Assembly (NCBI GenBank): GCA_013265495.1
Contig: MU057503.1
Coordinates: forward strand, 124,001-188,000
DNA length: 64,000 bases
Direction: 5' to 3'
Source: Vicugna vicugna
Lineage: Eukaryota
This document shows, one piece after another, positions 12,530 to 25,189 of the stretch. The position numbers and the translations under genes are program-made. Each line of letters starts with the position of its first letter. Position 1 is the stretch's first letter. The notes below the pieces were generated by a model. It was not told the DNA's origin. It did no database searches and worked only from the letters and a program-made list of their open reading frames with translations.

Positions 12530-14560
12530 AAAGAGCAAGTCCCAAGGACCTGTATCACCATGGCAAGTGCATAACAATTTTCTTAATTCTCTCCCAAAGG
12601 GATCTCACCTAATATCATTTAGGCAGCTAAGAAAATACCCAAATATTTCAGAGGCTTTTGGACACAGGATTTGAGTTGACACTGAAGCATCATCATATTC
12701 TCCCTGTTAGAGAACCAGCACATGAGGGTGAAGTAATAAATGGAGTCCTGTCAAATTGCTGCCTAACAGTGGGTCCACAGAGCCCTCCAGTGCCTATTTG
12801 TCCCCTCTCCGGTTCCTAAGTGCCTAATTATTATGAACATACTTGGTAATTAGCAGAAACCACATATTGTTTCCCTGAACTGTGGAATAAGACCCATGTA
12901 GTGGAGAAAGCCAACTTAAAGCTTCTAACCACCCCCTATCAAGATTATAATATTTTTAAGAATTAAATAATGCCATTTGCAGCAATATGGTTGAACCAGA
13001 GATAATCATATTGAGTGAAGTAAGTCAGGCAGAGAAAGACAAATATCATATGATATCACTTATATGTGGAGTCTAAAAAAAAAATACAAATTCTATTTAC
13101 AAACCAAAAACAGACTCACGGACATAGAAAACAAACTATGGTTACCACAGGGGAAAAGGTGGGGAGGGATAAATTAGGGGCTGGGAATTAATAGACACAC
13201 ATTACTATATATAAAATAGATAAACAACAAAGACCTACTGTATACCACAGGGAACTATATTCAATTTCTTGTAGTAACATATAATGGAAAAAAAACTAAC
13301 AAGAAAAAATATATATGTATGTATATGTATAACTGAATCACTTTGCTGTACACCTGAAACTAACACCATAAATTAACTTCAATAAAATTTTTTAAATAGT
13401 CAAATTTAAAAAATTTTTTAATTATAATTTTTTAAAAGTATTTCATCCCTGGTTGGAGGTTGAGGGGAGTGGCAGAGACCAGTGCCAGTGCCACCGCATT
13501 AAAGACCTTAAGGATGCATGGTTGCTGCTTCTCATCATCCTTATTTAATTAAACACTCGGACCTTACAAAAACAAAAGACATGTCCTGGTGAATGACAGT
13601 AAAGTAAGGCAATCTCGATTAGAAAGCAACCCCGTTGTAGCTGCTATGCCAGATGCCACTTCTTTGCTAGAACAGATTACCATGGCCTGGGGTGCGTGGT
13701 ATACTATCACTGATACGATGAATATGTCATTTTCCATCCCTACCGGAAAGGTCTGAAATTGTCTGAATTTACTTGAAGCAAATATATGTATTCATATTTA
13801 CAATCTTAACCAGAGCTAAGGAAATTCTTTTGCCCTCTGACATAACATACTCAGAGGGACCTAACTGGTCATTTGACAAAACATGCCATTGGTTTGCTTT
13901 ATTGATGGTACCATGCTAACTGGACTGGATGACCAAGAAGTTGCATGTATATAATAGGCCTTGGTATAACATGTGTGTTCCAGAAAGTAGGAGTTAAACC
14001 ATATGAAAATCCAGGGAAATGCCATATAAGTAATACGTAGGAGTCCAGTACTCTGGGACACATGACACCCTTTCTAAACTAAACATTCTTCCTAAACTAA
14101 AGAACAAATTATGGCATCTTGTCTTTTTCTGAACAAAGAGGGAAGCACAATGCCTTATATTTGTTTTTTGGTTCTGGAGTAACATATTACACACTAGTAA
14201 ATACTGCTCTGGCATACTTACCAGGTGGCATGAAAGTCTGAGTGGGACTCAACTCAGGAAAGAGACTTGCAGCAGGACCACGACGAGTGCTTGCACCATA
14301 TCATTTGGCATACTCTTCAGTATTCAAGGTATCAATGATGGGAAAATACACAACGTGGAGTTTATGACAAGCTCCCAAAGTAAAATCACTATGTACATCG
14401 TTAGGGTTCTGATCAAACTATGCCATCTGTAGCAGTGAGTTATAGATTATTTTTTTTAAAAAAGCTCTCTGGAGTGCTGTTGAATCTAGGTAGAGACAGA
14501 GAGACTGATCATGGGACAGTAAGTGACCAGTGGGCCAGAACTGTTCATTATGAGGTAGGT
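12530..14560 (+). mobile_element. Decayed ERVL-class internal region (protease-RT remnants)
   Basis: Degenerate motifs: LLDTGFELTL protease (~12655), IKDLKDA (~13500), an AAMPD and FSIP-like stretch (~13640-13740) and a YIDD-like FIDG (~13900). Many frameshifts and stops. Confidence 0.8.
12961..13420 (+). mobile_element. 5'-truncated L1 (ORF2 end plus 3' UTR) inserted in ERVL pol
   Basis: Contains gccatttgcagcaa...agtgaagtaagtcag...aaagacaaatatcatatgatatcacttatatgtgga and AATAAA at 13381. Imperfect TSD attataat(a)ttttt at 12944 and 13421. Confidence 0.85.
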
Positions 14561-14901
14561 TCTGCCAGACTTCCTCTACGTCAGCTTAAGGGCCATCTGG
14601 ACAAGATCAAACCTCTTCACTGGGATCCACCCACCTCCAGTGTCTAATCCAGATGCAAAGTTATAAAAGCTTAGCACTTCCTTCAAAGTGGAATACCTCT
14701 GAAGGGCCATACTAGTCCCAGAGCTCCCCGTGAGATGGCTGAGGCCACTGTCACAACTGCATCGCAGTCAACCCCTCCCTCCTGCAGTTCTACGTCCTTT
14801 GCTCCCCCATGGAAATTGATCCCAAGAACATACTTCAGTAAACTTCTTGCAAACAAATGTGCATCTGAAAATCTTTTCCCCAAGAAAATCTGCCTAAGAC
14901 A
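14560..14901 (+). mobile_element. LTR16-like ERVL LTR
   Basis: The 3' end ttgatcccaagaac...taaacttcttgca...catctga...tgcctaagaca resembles LTR16-family ends, and it directly follows the ERVL internal region. Confidence 0.65.
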
Positions 14902-16329
14902 CATACCAAAGTTCTATTCAGCTAGGTGAAAGTGAGGGCGGGGAAAAAAAGAAGCTTTGCTTCTAGATTTTTCTAAATAAATCTGAATTGAACTGATTCC
15001 TAATTAAAAAAAAAAAGAGTGGAACAGAGGAAGAGAGAGAAGTAAAAGAAAAGTAAAAAGGACTCCCCTCCTCATGCTTGATAAAAAACACGTATTCCCC
15101 ATTTCTTGAAAAGCTATGTAACTAATTGTGTATCCTTTCACTTTGCAAGTAACTAAAATGGAGGATATTAGCCCCGAGAAATATCACCATTTCCTATTTT
15201 TCAACAAAGAAGCTAAATATTTTAACCCAAACTGTTTTTACCTCCTGTGAAAATTCTGAATTTCACTCATTCACTTAATATTTATTTAGCACCCATAATA
15301 TGTCAGGCACTGCTCTATATTCTATACTATGTAGCACTACCATATTTTTGTGCACTCTTAAATCTACAAGCCAAAAAGATATTCCAAATATTATTGGATA
15401 TAATATTATTCCTAGCCACTTATTTCCCTTCTCTTTTACATTTTATTGATTCCTCACCACAAGGCACAAAGTCAATAAAGCAATGATAATCAGAGTAGGT
15501 ATCAAAAGGACATTTAAACTGGAATCGTTTTCTATTTACCAAAGATACTCTCAAGGACATTTTTTTCCAACCAGTTACACATTTACATAGGACATTCAGT
15601 AATATCATACTTGCAAAGTAGCTAGACATTTTGGCATTTTGGATTTGAGATGATGAGATTAAAATGACGATACATAAAAATTGTGATTTGGACTAAATGA
15701 GAAAAGATGAGGACAAAATAATATTTTGTGAATGAATATGTCAAGGTGAGTACAGTACAAGAAAAAAATTTAATGAAGAAATATTTTTAAAAACATAATT
15801 TAAAAGTTTCTCTTATTACTATTATATCTCTATAAATCAATGAATAAAAATACACCCCATCTCTAAAAACAAAAATCTAGGCTGATTTATAAAAATTCAA
15901 ATACAGAATTAAAAGAAATTAATTTGGTTACTTGAAGAGTGAAAATGAAGAATTGGCTTTAGTTAAAATTACGAGTGAAACCACAGGTCACAATTTTACT
16001 TGAATTTAATAGAAAACTTGAAGTGAAGAAGTTGCTAACACAAGTACTTTGAGGGGTGCTAGAGAAGACTAGAGACTATCTACAAACAGTAATCACAAAT
16101 AAATTAAGCCTACACTTAGCCTAAACCAATATAAACCTGAATTTCTGTATACCAGGGACAAAGAGTTGTTCTAAAATATTCAAAAGTTAATTGTAATAGT
16201 AAAATTCCTAGGACTATTGACCTGAAACTTTGAGATTTATTTTTATAAGAAGCATTTATTTGCTAATAAAAACTTTTTCACTTAAACCTATAAGCAATAT
16301 TTGATTTTTATGTTATGTATATTTTACCA

Positions 16330-17490
16330 CAAATTTTAAATGAAAATTTAAATTAAAACAACAAATAGCCAATACACTTCTGAAAAGGAGTATTAAAAGA
16401 AATTAGTCAATCAATTAATTAAAACAGTGTGGTACTGCATAATAATTAACCAACAGATAGAATAAATAGAGTGTCTAGAAATAGATCAAATACAGTAATA
16501 ATTTAGATGTTTTGAGTTATTAAGAAAAAGATGATTATTTAACAAATGGTGTTGGGACAATGAGAAGCCTTTTGGGAAATAATGAAATTGGATTCATATT
16601 TCCCATATTATAACAAGAAAAAATCTAGATTGATCAAAGACTCCAATATGAATAGATCATAAAGGAACTAGAATAAATCATGTGAAAAAAATTTTACAAT
16701 CTTGAAATGAGGAAAGTCTAAGTGTGCTTCCAAACTGAAAAGTCATAAAAGAAAAGACTCATTAATTTGATTACTATTAATTTTTATTAAAAAATACACA
16801 GAAAAATCCATTAAAGTTTTAGTTTAAGAGCAAAACTGGAAATAACTTTTGCAACTTATTCACGAACAAATGATTGATTTCCCCTATATAGTAAAAATTT
16901 CTCCAAATCAGTATTCTAGAGTAAATATGGAAAATGGGAAAACTCTAAAGAGGCATTTCATGGGTTCTTGGTCATACAAAAAGATGCACAGACTTTCTCA
17001 GAAGAAGAGAAACATATATAAAGATACACTGAAATACCGATTTTTGCCTATATATTTAGCAAAGATCTGAAAGTTTAATATCACACTCTTCTTTTTGACA
17101 ATGTATCAAAAATTTTATTGAATTCATTAATTAAGAATGGAAATGATGTTGTGATCAATTCAAAGAGCTTTAAGAAGCTAGTGTATTTGTTGGCAACTTA
17201 ACAGAGAATTGTTAGAAAGAGATTGCTAAGCTAGATATAGAACTGTTTAACTGTTTTACCCTGATATATGGGGTCATCTGTTCCACTGCATGGAAATTAT
17301 TTGCATCTCAACTGGACTAATATCACACTCCTGGCAAGAGCATAGAGAACTAGATATTTTTATACATTACTTGTTGGTGTATGAATGAGTTTTAAAATCT
17401 GTAGAAGACAATTTGGAAATACTTATCAAAACTTCCAAGGTTCCTGCATTTTGATCCAATGATCCCAATTCTAGCAACTTATCCTACAGA
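16330..17490 (+). mobile_element. Old L1 (L1M) ORF2 3' region
   Basis: Degenerate L1 landmarks: attaaaacagtgtggtactg, aacaaatggtgttgggacaa, tttgatccaatgatcccaattctag. Confidence 0.75.
17089..17317 (-). pseudogene. Candidate 5'-truncated retrocopy / orphan polyadenylated insert of unknown source
   Basis: Flanked by the 13-bp direct repeat TAATATCACACTC (17076-17088, 17318-17330). T-tract at 17089-17096 and a minus-strand AATAAA at 17114-17119. Confidence 0.65.
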
Positions 17491-18589
17491 CGGTCTCATC
17501 CAACCAACACACACTCTATTCCCAAACAGTGTATTTAGGTTTTGCTCCCAAGGCTCGCCTATTGCCTTTGAGAAGTTTACTTTGCTGGCTCTTTCTAAGA
17601 TATTCATAATGATGTGCTCGCTCTGCCTCCTCCTATAAACACTTCTGCATAAACTTCTAAAGTTTTCATCAACATTTCCATGTGTTTGGTAGATTGGGGT
17701 TTTTAACTGTCTCTGGTTTGTATTATTTTATTTTCTCATCCTCCTTGTTGCTTTTAGATGACTTTCAGGAAGAGAAAGGGAAAAATGCCAAGTATATAAT
17801 ATGCCACCATCTTCAAACCAGAAGTCCCCCTGAGTCCTTGAATTCTCTCATCCCTTGGCTTCTGAAATCCAGCTCCCCTGCCTCTCCTTTTCCTGTGTGA
17901 CCTATCCTCATTCACCTTCACAAATTCCTCTTCCGATACCATCCCTTAAAAATCTGCTGCATTTTAGGACCGCATTCTTGGTCCACATCTTTCTCTTGAC
18001 ATACTTTTCTGAAGCAATCCCATCTACTCTCTGGGCCTTAGCTATCATCAGTATGCTGTTGGCACCCCCAGATATTTAGCATTGACCCCCATTTCAGACT
18101 TTTACATCAATTCACCTGTGTGTTACTTAAGACAATGAACATCTAAGACGCACCAGGCAAAGGCTGACTGACTCAAGCAATTTGAATTTATAAGTACTGA
18201 TGCTTTGATATATTGCATTATAACTTCCTGTTCCCTAGGTTGCGTAATTTTTTAGTTGGCAAACACTACTTAATTGGCTCTATAATTATTGGGCACGTCT
18301 ATAATAATTAAGGTGGCTCTCATTTCAGAGTTGTTTCTGACATAGGAATCTAGAAACTACTTGCATAAACCCTTGAAAATGTGAATGTTACTCATCTTTG
18401 TCTTAGAAACATTATAGCCAGCCAGACTATTAACACTTTCAGCTGTACACTGAAACACAGAGGGAAAAATGATTAATCCTGACCTGCCACTGAAGATGGC
18501 CTTATTACCACATCCCATAGACATCTAATCTAAGTGTTCTCAGTTAAAAACAAGCACCTTGTCAAAGGGTTTTTTGAATTATTCAATGG

Positions 18590-19240
18590 AAGCAAAACGT
18601 TTATTGAGTACCACTTATATGCAAGCCCCTGTGCTAGATGATTTGAGAGATGTAAAAAAGAACAAATAATATGGGGATTTTACAGTCTAGAGATGACAAA
18701 AATAAATAATATGCATAACTCCTCCATGTGGAAGAATATAACGTGTGCCAGAAGAAGTGTAAAATAAGGAAGTACAGGGGACCAGTGGAGGGGAAAACAG
18801 TATCCGGACAGAGCAACGGAGGGTGAGGCGGGTCAGGAAGAGGCTGAGGTGGTCCTTGAGACAACCAAACACAGTGAGTAGAGTTCTGCTACAGAGAAGT
18901 CTGAAGGCAGGAGAGAAAAGGGTGGTGAGGACATTCCAGACCAGTGGTTTTTAATCTGAAGTACACGCTATAGTGCTCACTAGGACAATATTTAAGTCCC
19001 AGCACCTTCTCCTGACACACACACAAGCCAAGGCTGAGAAGCGTTACTGTATACGGAGACAATAGCATGTGTTTTGCATAACAAGAACATATGAAATATA
19101 GACATATTCTGGGAAACCAAAGGACCTAGTTTTGTTTAAATGTGAGGTACACGTAAGAAAGTGATGAAAGACAATTTTGTAAAAGTTAGATTGGGATCAT
19201 ACTGTGCAGCAGACTTGCGTCACATTGGCACTTGTACAGA
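18590..19240 (-). mobile_element. L2 remnant
   Basis: The L2 3'-end signature gtttattgagtac...tgtgctag is followed by purine-rich L2-type sequence. Confidence 0.6.
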
Positions 19241-19699
19241 AAGCACTTAGAGCTGACCTACTTCCTTTCTGCCTTCATTTACTATGGTTCAGAGAGACAA
19301 ATGTCTTCAAGTTTCATCAAAGACAATGTCTGAGTTTCATTTTCCTCTTTTCTTCATTTTGAGGGAGTTTTCAAAAGGAGGACTCAGATACATCTTTACT
19401 ATCTTGAAAAGGAGTTACCTTTTTCTTTCTTTTTTACACTCAATTTAATTTTCCAACATTGTCTTTATCCTGCTTGATGCAGACACTTTATCAAAAAAAA
19501 AAGAAAGAAAAAACTTTATTGAATTGTTTCCAGCTTAATTTCCAGCTTGTTTCCAGCCTAATTTCAATTTGTTCATGTCTCAGTCGAGTTCCTAATTTGG
19601 TTCTAGCAAAGGTTGCCACAGCAGTTATTAGGAATGCGGAAGTCTAACTTCTGGATCCTCTGAAGAAACAGTATACCACAGCTAAAAGAACAGAAGACG

Positions 19700-21460
19700 T
19701 TTCTGACTGCTTCATTTGGAAATTATCTCAAACAAGAAAAAGAAACAAACACAACACTTTTGCCTCCACTGGGAGAAGCAAAGATAAGCAAGCCGCCTTG
19801 GCCCTCAAAACCTTAGAATGGCTCAGGAATTAGAGGCAGGGATGCAGAGAAGGGGCTGAAAACACAGAGATTGCTTGCAAGATTATACAATTTGCAACTA
19901 AACCCCCAAGTCCTCATCCTCAAAGAAGCCACCCAACTGCCTTTCCTCAATTCCTACAGGGAAACAAGTGTTTGTGCTCTGGAAATACAGAGAGGTTCCA
20001 GTTTGATGGTGACCAGGCATTGATGAAGGTAGTGAAAAGAGTTTATAATGAGCAGTGGGACCTTTCTCCTCTTCTTTCCTCTGTTCAGCCCCAGAAAGAA
20101 GATAGAAGGAAGGCAAAGAAAATTCCAAAAATGGTGATGAAAGAAAGTTCCAAGACAACAGTGAACATCATGAGAATGTAACCAATTCAGATTGGCAGGA
20201 CATCAGATATATATCTAGTGCTCCCGTCTGCAGGGGAGAAATGGAACAAATAAGTTGTCTTAAAGTTTAGGGGTGATGAAAATTATATTGAGATACAGTT
20301 AATGGAGGTTTTGGAACTATGCAAAAACTTAAGCCAAATTTTCAAAGAAAAATAATGAATGAAGATTAAAAATCAAGCAATTATCAACTTCAGAGAAGAA
20401 AAGGACAAAATAGGAAATAAAAACATAGTTTAACATGTGGCTCAGCAGTGATCAGTATTCATGTAGTCAAAAGATGCAGATTTAATAATCAAAAATTGAG
20501 ATACAAAACTATATAGAAAGGTAGAAGGAAGGAATGAAACACTATGAATGAAGTCTTTAAGTTCCAAAACTAGACAACAGTAAATGTTTATGATTAATAA
20601 TTAAGCGATGGCAGTATATGCATATTATGTTTAAGAGCAGTAAGTATCAGAATGAACTTTTAAAACAGTTGAAAGTGGTGTCTTCCAGGGAGAAGCATGA
20701 GAGAAGGTAGAAAAAGAGACTACAATTTTTAAGAAATACTCTACAGTGCCTGTTGAATTTTTAGCTATCAGAATATAACACTTAGGCAAAAAGTAAATAA
20801 AGGACATGGAGGTTAACAGGAACTACTGCTATAAGACACAGCATTTCTACTTCTAGACACATACTCTAGAAAAACTCTCACATGCGTTTGTAAGAGGAGA
20901 ATGTACGCAAAATATTGATCAAAACTAAAATGTCGATCAGAAGGAAAAAAATAAAATGTGGTATGTTTAAATGACAGGATATCATATAGTAAGTAAAAGC
21001 AATCCACTAAATACACATACACACACACAACACACACACACACACTCACACAGAGACACACACACAGGTATATATATGTAATCAGCATGGTATATCACAA
21101 AAACAATGCTGGTAAACAAAAAGAAGTTTCAGAATGACTTATACAGGATGAATTCATTTAAGTAAAGTTTAAAACATAAAACAATACTCTATATTTTATC
21201 TATATATATTTTTATGTGTGTAGAGGCATAAATTTTGAAATGAAAAGACAAATGAAATTTACAGGGAAGGGGAAGGAAATGGGGCTGGATTGGGGGGGAA
21301 AGACTCCAACTTATCCTGAATGTTTTAGTCACCATATTCTAAAAAGATAAGGCAAAAATGACAAAATGTTAACTACTGAGAATTCTTCATGGTCATTTTA
21401 CAGGTGTATGTTCTATTACTTTGTGTAATTTCCTATACTTTTAAAATATTCCAAATTTTA
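19700..21460 (+). mobile_element. Old L1 (L1ME/MC-like) fragments
   Basis: 3'-UTR-like landmarks: cagcatttctacttctag, aaataaaatgtggtatg, tacaggtgtatgttctattac. The left part is less certain. Confidence 0.5.
21012..21066. repeat. Imperfect (CA)n microsatellite
   Basis: Directly visible. Confidence 0.9.
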
Positions 21461-23228
21461 AAATTTAATTACACAAATTTTAAAATTTAATTTCACACAC
21501 ACCTAGCCTTACACCTGTATAAAATTACAAAGCAAAATCTTCTTAGTCTGAGAAAACACTATACTTTGATTGAAGTAAAGTTCACATAGATTGAAATTTA
21601 CATACCCTTTATCAATGCAATCCGTAATAACTAACTTGTAAAACTTTCATTAAAAACTTCTTGTTTGAAAATAAGCACCTTTCTTCCCAAAAGCTAGATT
21701 CACTCAAAAGTCCTTTAAAATGAGTCACTGACTGAAAAGTAGATAATAAATATGTTTTACATAAAATTGTATTGAAAACTATAGGCAAAATTATTAACTA
21801 AGATTTTAAGATAAGCTAAAATGATGTTTAAATATAAAGATATTTAAGACGTTAAGAAAATAAAAACACTCTCAGTTATGAAAGATATACATAATATCAG
21901 GACATTATATAGGGTATAAGATATATAGTATCTTACAGAATATACGATATACAGCATATCAGTTTTCCATCACATATTTTCATACAGAGACTACATTTGA
22001 ATGCCAAACAGCTCCACTTAGTAACATCACTGATAAAGGAAGCATGGCAGGAAAATGCTTTAGTACTTACGATGCTGGACCTGCAATGTAGCACTAGCAA
22101 ATTTGGCTTCAAGAACTGCCTAATTACGTATTTATAAATGCATATCATGAACCTTTAGGCTGGAATCGAGCCCTATAGCCCTATAGCCATTTCAGTTTAT
22201 CAAGTAAATGAAGTAATTTTTATAAAACATTATGCAGTCGATTAAACCAAGCAACAATATATACTCATGATTATTTGTAAAGGCTATCATTTATGGCCTG
22301 ATTTTTTTGTTTTATTGTGTGGTTAAATGCCAGGGAATTGAACCAGCAAAAACTAACTACACTGTGTAAACCTGGAAAACTAAGATGATGGCTCAGTAGC
22401 AATCTTCTCTTAATGATTACAACTATTATTTAACATTCAATGCACACCGGCAGCATTCTACTCATTTTACAAAATATCCCTGCCTTTTCAAAGGACTAGA
22501 TTTTGGCTTTTTGATCCTTTTTTTTGTTTCTGTTTTCTATTTTATTAATTTCTGTGACTTATTCTGTTGTGTTCTTTTAAACATTTTAAAATGAAATTTT
22601 AGCTCACTAATTTTTATTTTTTCTTCTATATGCATTTAGATGTTAAATGTCACTCTTGGTTCTGGTTTAGCACACAACTATTTTCACTGTTATTTATTTA
22701 TAAATATATAATTTTCAATTATGGTTTATTTTAGTCAGAACCATTTAGTTTTCAAACACATAGTATTTGGGGCCACCTTTTTCTCATAGATTTCTAATTT
22801 TGTTCAGAAAAGGAGATCTTTAGGATATGAATTGTTTGATATTTTTAAAATTTTCTTTATGGCTTTGTATTATTCAATTTTTATAAACGTTTTATCCTTA
22901 TCTGAAGTAATCTGTATCCTCTAGTTATTGGGCAGAAGAGTCTAGATATGATTATTAGATCAAGCTTACTGATTATGTCATCCTAATATTCTGTATCTTC
23001 ACTGATTTTTGCTCAATCCATCAGCTTTTAAAAGAGTTTCTCAATTTCTACTTATAATTCTTTAGACCTTCTGCTTTATACATTGTATGGTCAAGCCTTC
23101 AAATACAAAAAGGTTCAAGATGTTACATTTTCCTTGTAAACTTATTTTTTAATCAACTTTCTTGATTGACAATTTACAAACAATAAAATGCACCCATTTT
23201 AAGTGTACAGTTCAATGAAGTTTGACAA

Positions 23229-23231
<3 letters not shown>

Positions 23232-23261
<30 letters not shown>
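23232..23261. repeat. (TA)n microsatellite
   Basis: Directly visible, about 14 units. Confidence 0.95.
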
Positions 23262-23267
<6 letters not shown>

Positions 23268-23389
23268 TTCAAACTACCACAACGATTGAAACATAGACCA
23301 TTTCCATCACCCTGAAAAGTTTCATGTGTCTATTTTATTTTCATTATTAAATAGTGACCCTTTTCCTAATAACTTTTTTTGCCTCAACA

Positions 23390-23490
23390 TCTATATTGAT
23401 TCCTATTTGACTGATAATAAATGATAAAACAACTCAAAGTCTATATTGATTGCTATTTGATTGATTATAAATGATAAAAACAACCCCAAA
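23390..23490. repeat. Tandem duplication, 2 x ~50 bp
   Basis: tctatattgatt(c/g)ctatttga(c/t)tgat(a/t)ataaatgataaaa...caac recurs with period 50. Confidence 0.9.
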
Positions 23491-24444
23491 TAGGTTTTGA
23501 TATACCAGGAAAACGAACTTGCATTGGTATTTTCCGGGCATGTTATTTTCCTGGCGCATTATCTGCCACCCTTTTATGTTCAACATTTCTTTATGTCTTC
23601 ATGTTTTAGGTACCTCATAAACTGCTTAAGGCTGTTTTGTTTTTTAAGGGTTTTATAAAAGCTCCAGTTTTTAACAAGTCAAAATTACTCATATTTATTG
23701 TGATTATATGTGGCCTCATTTCCACTCTCATAGATACGCTATGCTTCCTATACGGTATGCTTTCCATTGCTGCTGCTTCTAATGTTTTCCCTGTTTGCTA
23801 TACAGTTGCTGTTATCCTTGCTACTTCCCTTGTCTTCCTTCTGCTGGATTGGCTTAATTTGCCGTATTATTTTTCTCCTTTCTACTCTTTTGGAAGTTCT
23901 TAATTTTAGCTTTCTTTTTCTTTTTTTGTAATAGCTACCCTGAAATTTTTAACATACTTGTCTTAAGCAGGTCTAAAGTTAACTGACACTTCTATACTTA
24001 AACCATTTACTATATTTGTTAAAATTATTTCTTTTCAATTTCTTTGTTTTCATTTTTAGTTGTGGTAAAGTACACAAAAGAAAATAACTATCTTAACCAT
24101 TTTTAAGCATACGGTTCAGTAGTGTTAATTATATTCACGCTGTTATGCACTGAATTTCCACAATTCTTTTCATCTTGCAGAACTGAAACTCCACACCCAT
24201 TAAACAACAGTTCTCCCACCACTCGCCCCGCCCCGTGCCCTTTCCCCAGTGCTCTGTAACCACCAATATATTCTGTCTCTATAAATTTCCCTACTCTAGG
24301 GATCTTGTGTAAATGGAATCCTATAGTATTTGGCTTTTTGTGACTGGCTTATTTCACTTAGCATAATGTCTTCAAGGTTCATTCATACAACTACTTTTTA
24401 AAACACACACACACACTCCCATCAAAATCAGTCTAATCAATGGT

Positions 24445-24551
24445 TATGTGTATATATTTCCCTGTTTATAATGGCTCCTCACATACTGGGGAGTGAACCC
24501 AGCCTCATGCATGCCAAGTATGCACTCTACCACTGAGCTATACCCTCTCCA
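24445..24551 (-). mobile_element. tRNA-Ala-derived SINE (vic-1-like)
   Basis: The reverse complement reads gagagggtatagctcagtggtagagtgcatacttggcatgcatgaggctgggttcactccccagta, homologous to the copy at 34117. The tail boundary is approximate. Confidence 0.8.
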
Positions 24552-25189
24552 CCCTTAAATTCACTTCTAAATTCAATTTTCATTTTCCTGAAGTACATTG
24601 TGTGAGAAGCTGTGAGGTCGGCTCAATCTTTTCCTAAAAATCTCTGCATTTCCCTTCATCTTGAGTAATATGAGTACAGACCTTTAAGTTAATAGTAATT
24701 TTCCCCTCAGTACTTTGAAGATATTTTCCCAATGTCTTCTTGCATATACTGTACCTGATGAGAAGTTTTCTATCTAAATAGCATTTCTTTAATAGGAAAT
24801 ATTTTCTCTTTGTATTTAAGATTTTCTCTGAGATTGATATTTTTATGTTTATGAAAATGGGTCTAGGTATTTCTAGGTATGAATTTATATTATGAATTTG
24901 TTTTTATTTTTATTGTTCTTATCAAACTCATTTTAATTTCTGTACCTATGGAAAATCCTACAAAGAGAGTTTTTTTGTTTAGTTTTGTTTACATCAAATT
25001 CATTTTAATTTTTGAATCTGAAGGCTTTTTTATTCTGGAAAAAAAAAGTAGGCATTTTCTTTTTGAATATCGCTTGTTTTTCATTCTGGAACTCCTATTA
25101 GACATATGTTGAGTTCTGTCCATCTCTCCATTAAATAATTATTCTTGCATATTTTCCATACTTTATTTCTCTATTCTACATTCTCATCA

